The translations under genes were made by a program, and so were the position numbers. From contig JBBSVV010000005.1 in assembly GCA_038046625.1 (NCBI GenBank), forward strand, positions 55,693-72,122: a stretch of 16,430 nucleotides of DNA. Direction: 5' to 3'. Below are positions 15,193 through 16,430 of this stretch, piece after piece; the stretch's first letter is position 1; each line of letters opens with the position of its first letter. Origin of the DNA: an archaeon (lineage in GTDB: Archaea; Iainarchaeota; Iainarchaeia; Iainarchaeales; Iainarchaeaceae). The notes beneath the pieces were generated by a model, which ran no database searches, was not told the origin of the DNA, and was given only the letters and a program-made list of their open reading frames with translations.

Positions 15193-16011
15193 ATGAAGTT
15201 TTTCCTCGACTCGGCCATTTTAAGCGAAATTGAAGAGGTTTATGCGGCCGGAGTCTGTGACGGCATAACAATGAACCCGTCGCTTGTTAAAAAAGCCGCT
15301 GGCACGCTGAAGGAAAAAGGGGAAAAAATTTCACTCGAAAGCTACATCAAAAAAGCCCTGAAGATTGCTAAGGGGACTCCCGTTAGCCTCGAAGTCACGG
15401 AACTCGGCTACAAAGGCATGGTTGTGCAGGGGAAAAAAATCTTTAAAAAATTCAACCCCGTTGCTAAAAATGTTTATATCAAAATTCCAATGAACCCTTC
15501 ATTTGAAGGGGAAACCGGAAAGGAATTTGACGGAGTGAAAGCCATCAAGGAGCTACGCAAAGCAGGCATTCCTGTGAACTGTACGCTTATTTTCACTCCG
15601 GAGCAGGCTCTTGCAGCCGCAAAGGCCGGCGCAAATTTCGTGAGCCCGTTTGCGGGGCGCATTGACGACCTCTTGAGGAAAAACGCGGGGCTGAAGTTCG
15701 GCAAAGAGGATTATTTTCCCTCGGCGGGCATTGACCATGAAGGCGCCATACTGAACGACAATGGAATTATTTCAGGCGTTGATTTGGTTGCACAGACCAC
15801 GCACATATTCAGGCTGCATAAAGTGAAATGCGAAGTCCTTGCCGCATCACTCAGGAACTCAAGGCAGGTTCGTGAATGTGCATTGGCAGGCGCGGATATT
15901 GCCACAATGGGAATTGACACTTTCAAGGAACTCATGGGCCACAAGCTTACTCGCGAGGGAATGAAGAAATTCACGGAAGACGCGCCCGAAGAATACAAAA
16001 AAATAGTTTAA
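15193..16011 (+). CDS. tal: Transaldolase (TalC/FSA family, transaldolase type) with internal insertions
   Basis: FLDSA, TMNPSL, SLEV (Glu), Schiff-base YIKIP, NCTLIF, SPFAGR (Phe), AASLR. Confidence 0.92.
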   Translation: MKFFLDSAILSEIEEVYAAGVCDGITMNPSLVKKAAGTLKEKGEKISLESYIKKALKIAKGTPVSLEVTELGYKGMVVQGKKIFKKFNPVAKNVYIKIPMNPSFEGETGKEFDGVKAIKELRKAGIPVNCTLIFTPEQALAAAKAGANFVSPFAGRIDDLLRKNAGLKFGKEDYFPSAGIDHEGAILNDNGIISGVDLVAQTTHIFRLHKVKCEVLAASLRNSRQVRECALAGADIATMGIDTFKELMGHKLTREGMKKFTEDAPEEYKKIV

Positions 16012-16047
16012 CGCGAATCAAACTTTATTTGAGTGGAAGTGCAAAAA

Positions 16048-16430
16048 ATGAAAATCGGTTTCATCGGCCTCGGAAAAATGGGTGCAAGGATGGCTGAAAG
16101 GCTACTCGAAAAAAAGCATTCTGTCGTAATCTGGGCGAGGCACACGGACTCAATGAGGCCGCTTGCGCACAAAGGCGCAATTGCAACAAAAACAATTGAA
16201 GAATTCTCCGCAAAACTCGGAAAAAACAAGCGCATAATCTTGATGGTTACGCATGGAAAGCCAGTTGATGATGTAATTCAAAGCCTGAAGCCATTTATTT
16301 CAAAAGGCGACATCATTGTTGATGGCGGAAATTCATTCTACAGGGATTCAATGAGAAGAGCAAGCCAATTGAAGAAGAAAGGAATAAGTTTCCTCGATGC
16401 GGGGGTTTCAGGCGGCCTTGAAGGCGCAAG
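16048..16430 (+). CDS. gnd: 6-phosphogluconate dehydrogenase (decarboxylating), 5' part, truncated by the window edge
   Basis: Manual translation: MKIGFIGLGKMG...ILMVTHGKPVDDVI...GDIIVDGGNSFYRDSMRR...FLDAGVSGGLEGA; absent from the ORF track because it has no stop in the window. Confidence 0.93.
   Translation, partial: MKIGFIGLGKMGARMAERLLEKKHSVVIWARHTDSMRPLAHKGAIATKTIEEFSAKLGKNKRIILMVTHGKPVDDVIQSLKPFISKGDIIVDGGNSFYRDSMRRASQLKKKGISFLDAGVSGGLEGA

Overview
This is an archaeal chromosomal segment: it carries an HMf-type histone, TFB, S8e, Cgi121 and Hef, with TATA-box promoters. Gene content and compactness suggest a DPANN lineage such as Ca. Diapherotrites/Iainarchaeota (inference, not a database result). 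Gene order: histone (-), hef, AT-rich orphan with a degenerate kinase-like pattern, cgi121 (-), rps8e, tfb, rnhB, hsp20, a 163-bp IS200/IS605 right-end/omegaRNA-like element, scpB (-), FAD/NAD(P)H reductase (-), atypical Mrp/ApbC (-), DUF1858-IscA fusion (-), two paralogous orphans (-), nth (-), metX (-), DUF2283, HExxH metallopeptidase, Fe/Mn sod, free-standing LAGLIDADG endonuclease (-), transaldolase, and the 5' part of gnd. Four observations stand out. (1) A near-identical 17-bp palindromic operator (TTTAACAAT[A/C]GTTAATT) lies before both sod and the iscA-mrp-reductase module, suggesting an Fe-S/oxidative-stress regulon. (2) The Mrp lacks its canonical cluster-binding CxxC but has a CxxC elsewhere, and sits next to a DUF1858-IscA fusion. 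(3) An orphan TnpB omegaRNA-like scaffold carries a nested 43-bp mini-insertion and supplies the scpB stop codon. (4) The homing endonuclease abuts a compositionally foreign sod 3' end. No tRNA, rRNA or CRISPR array was seen.
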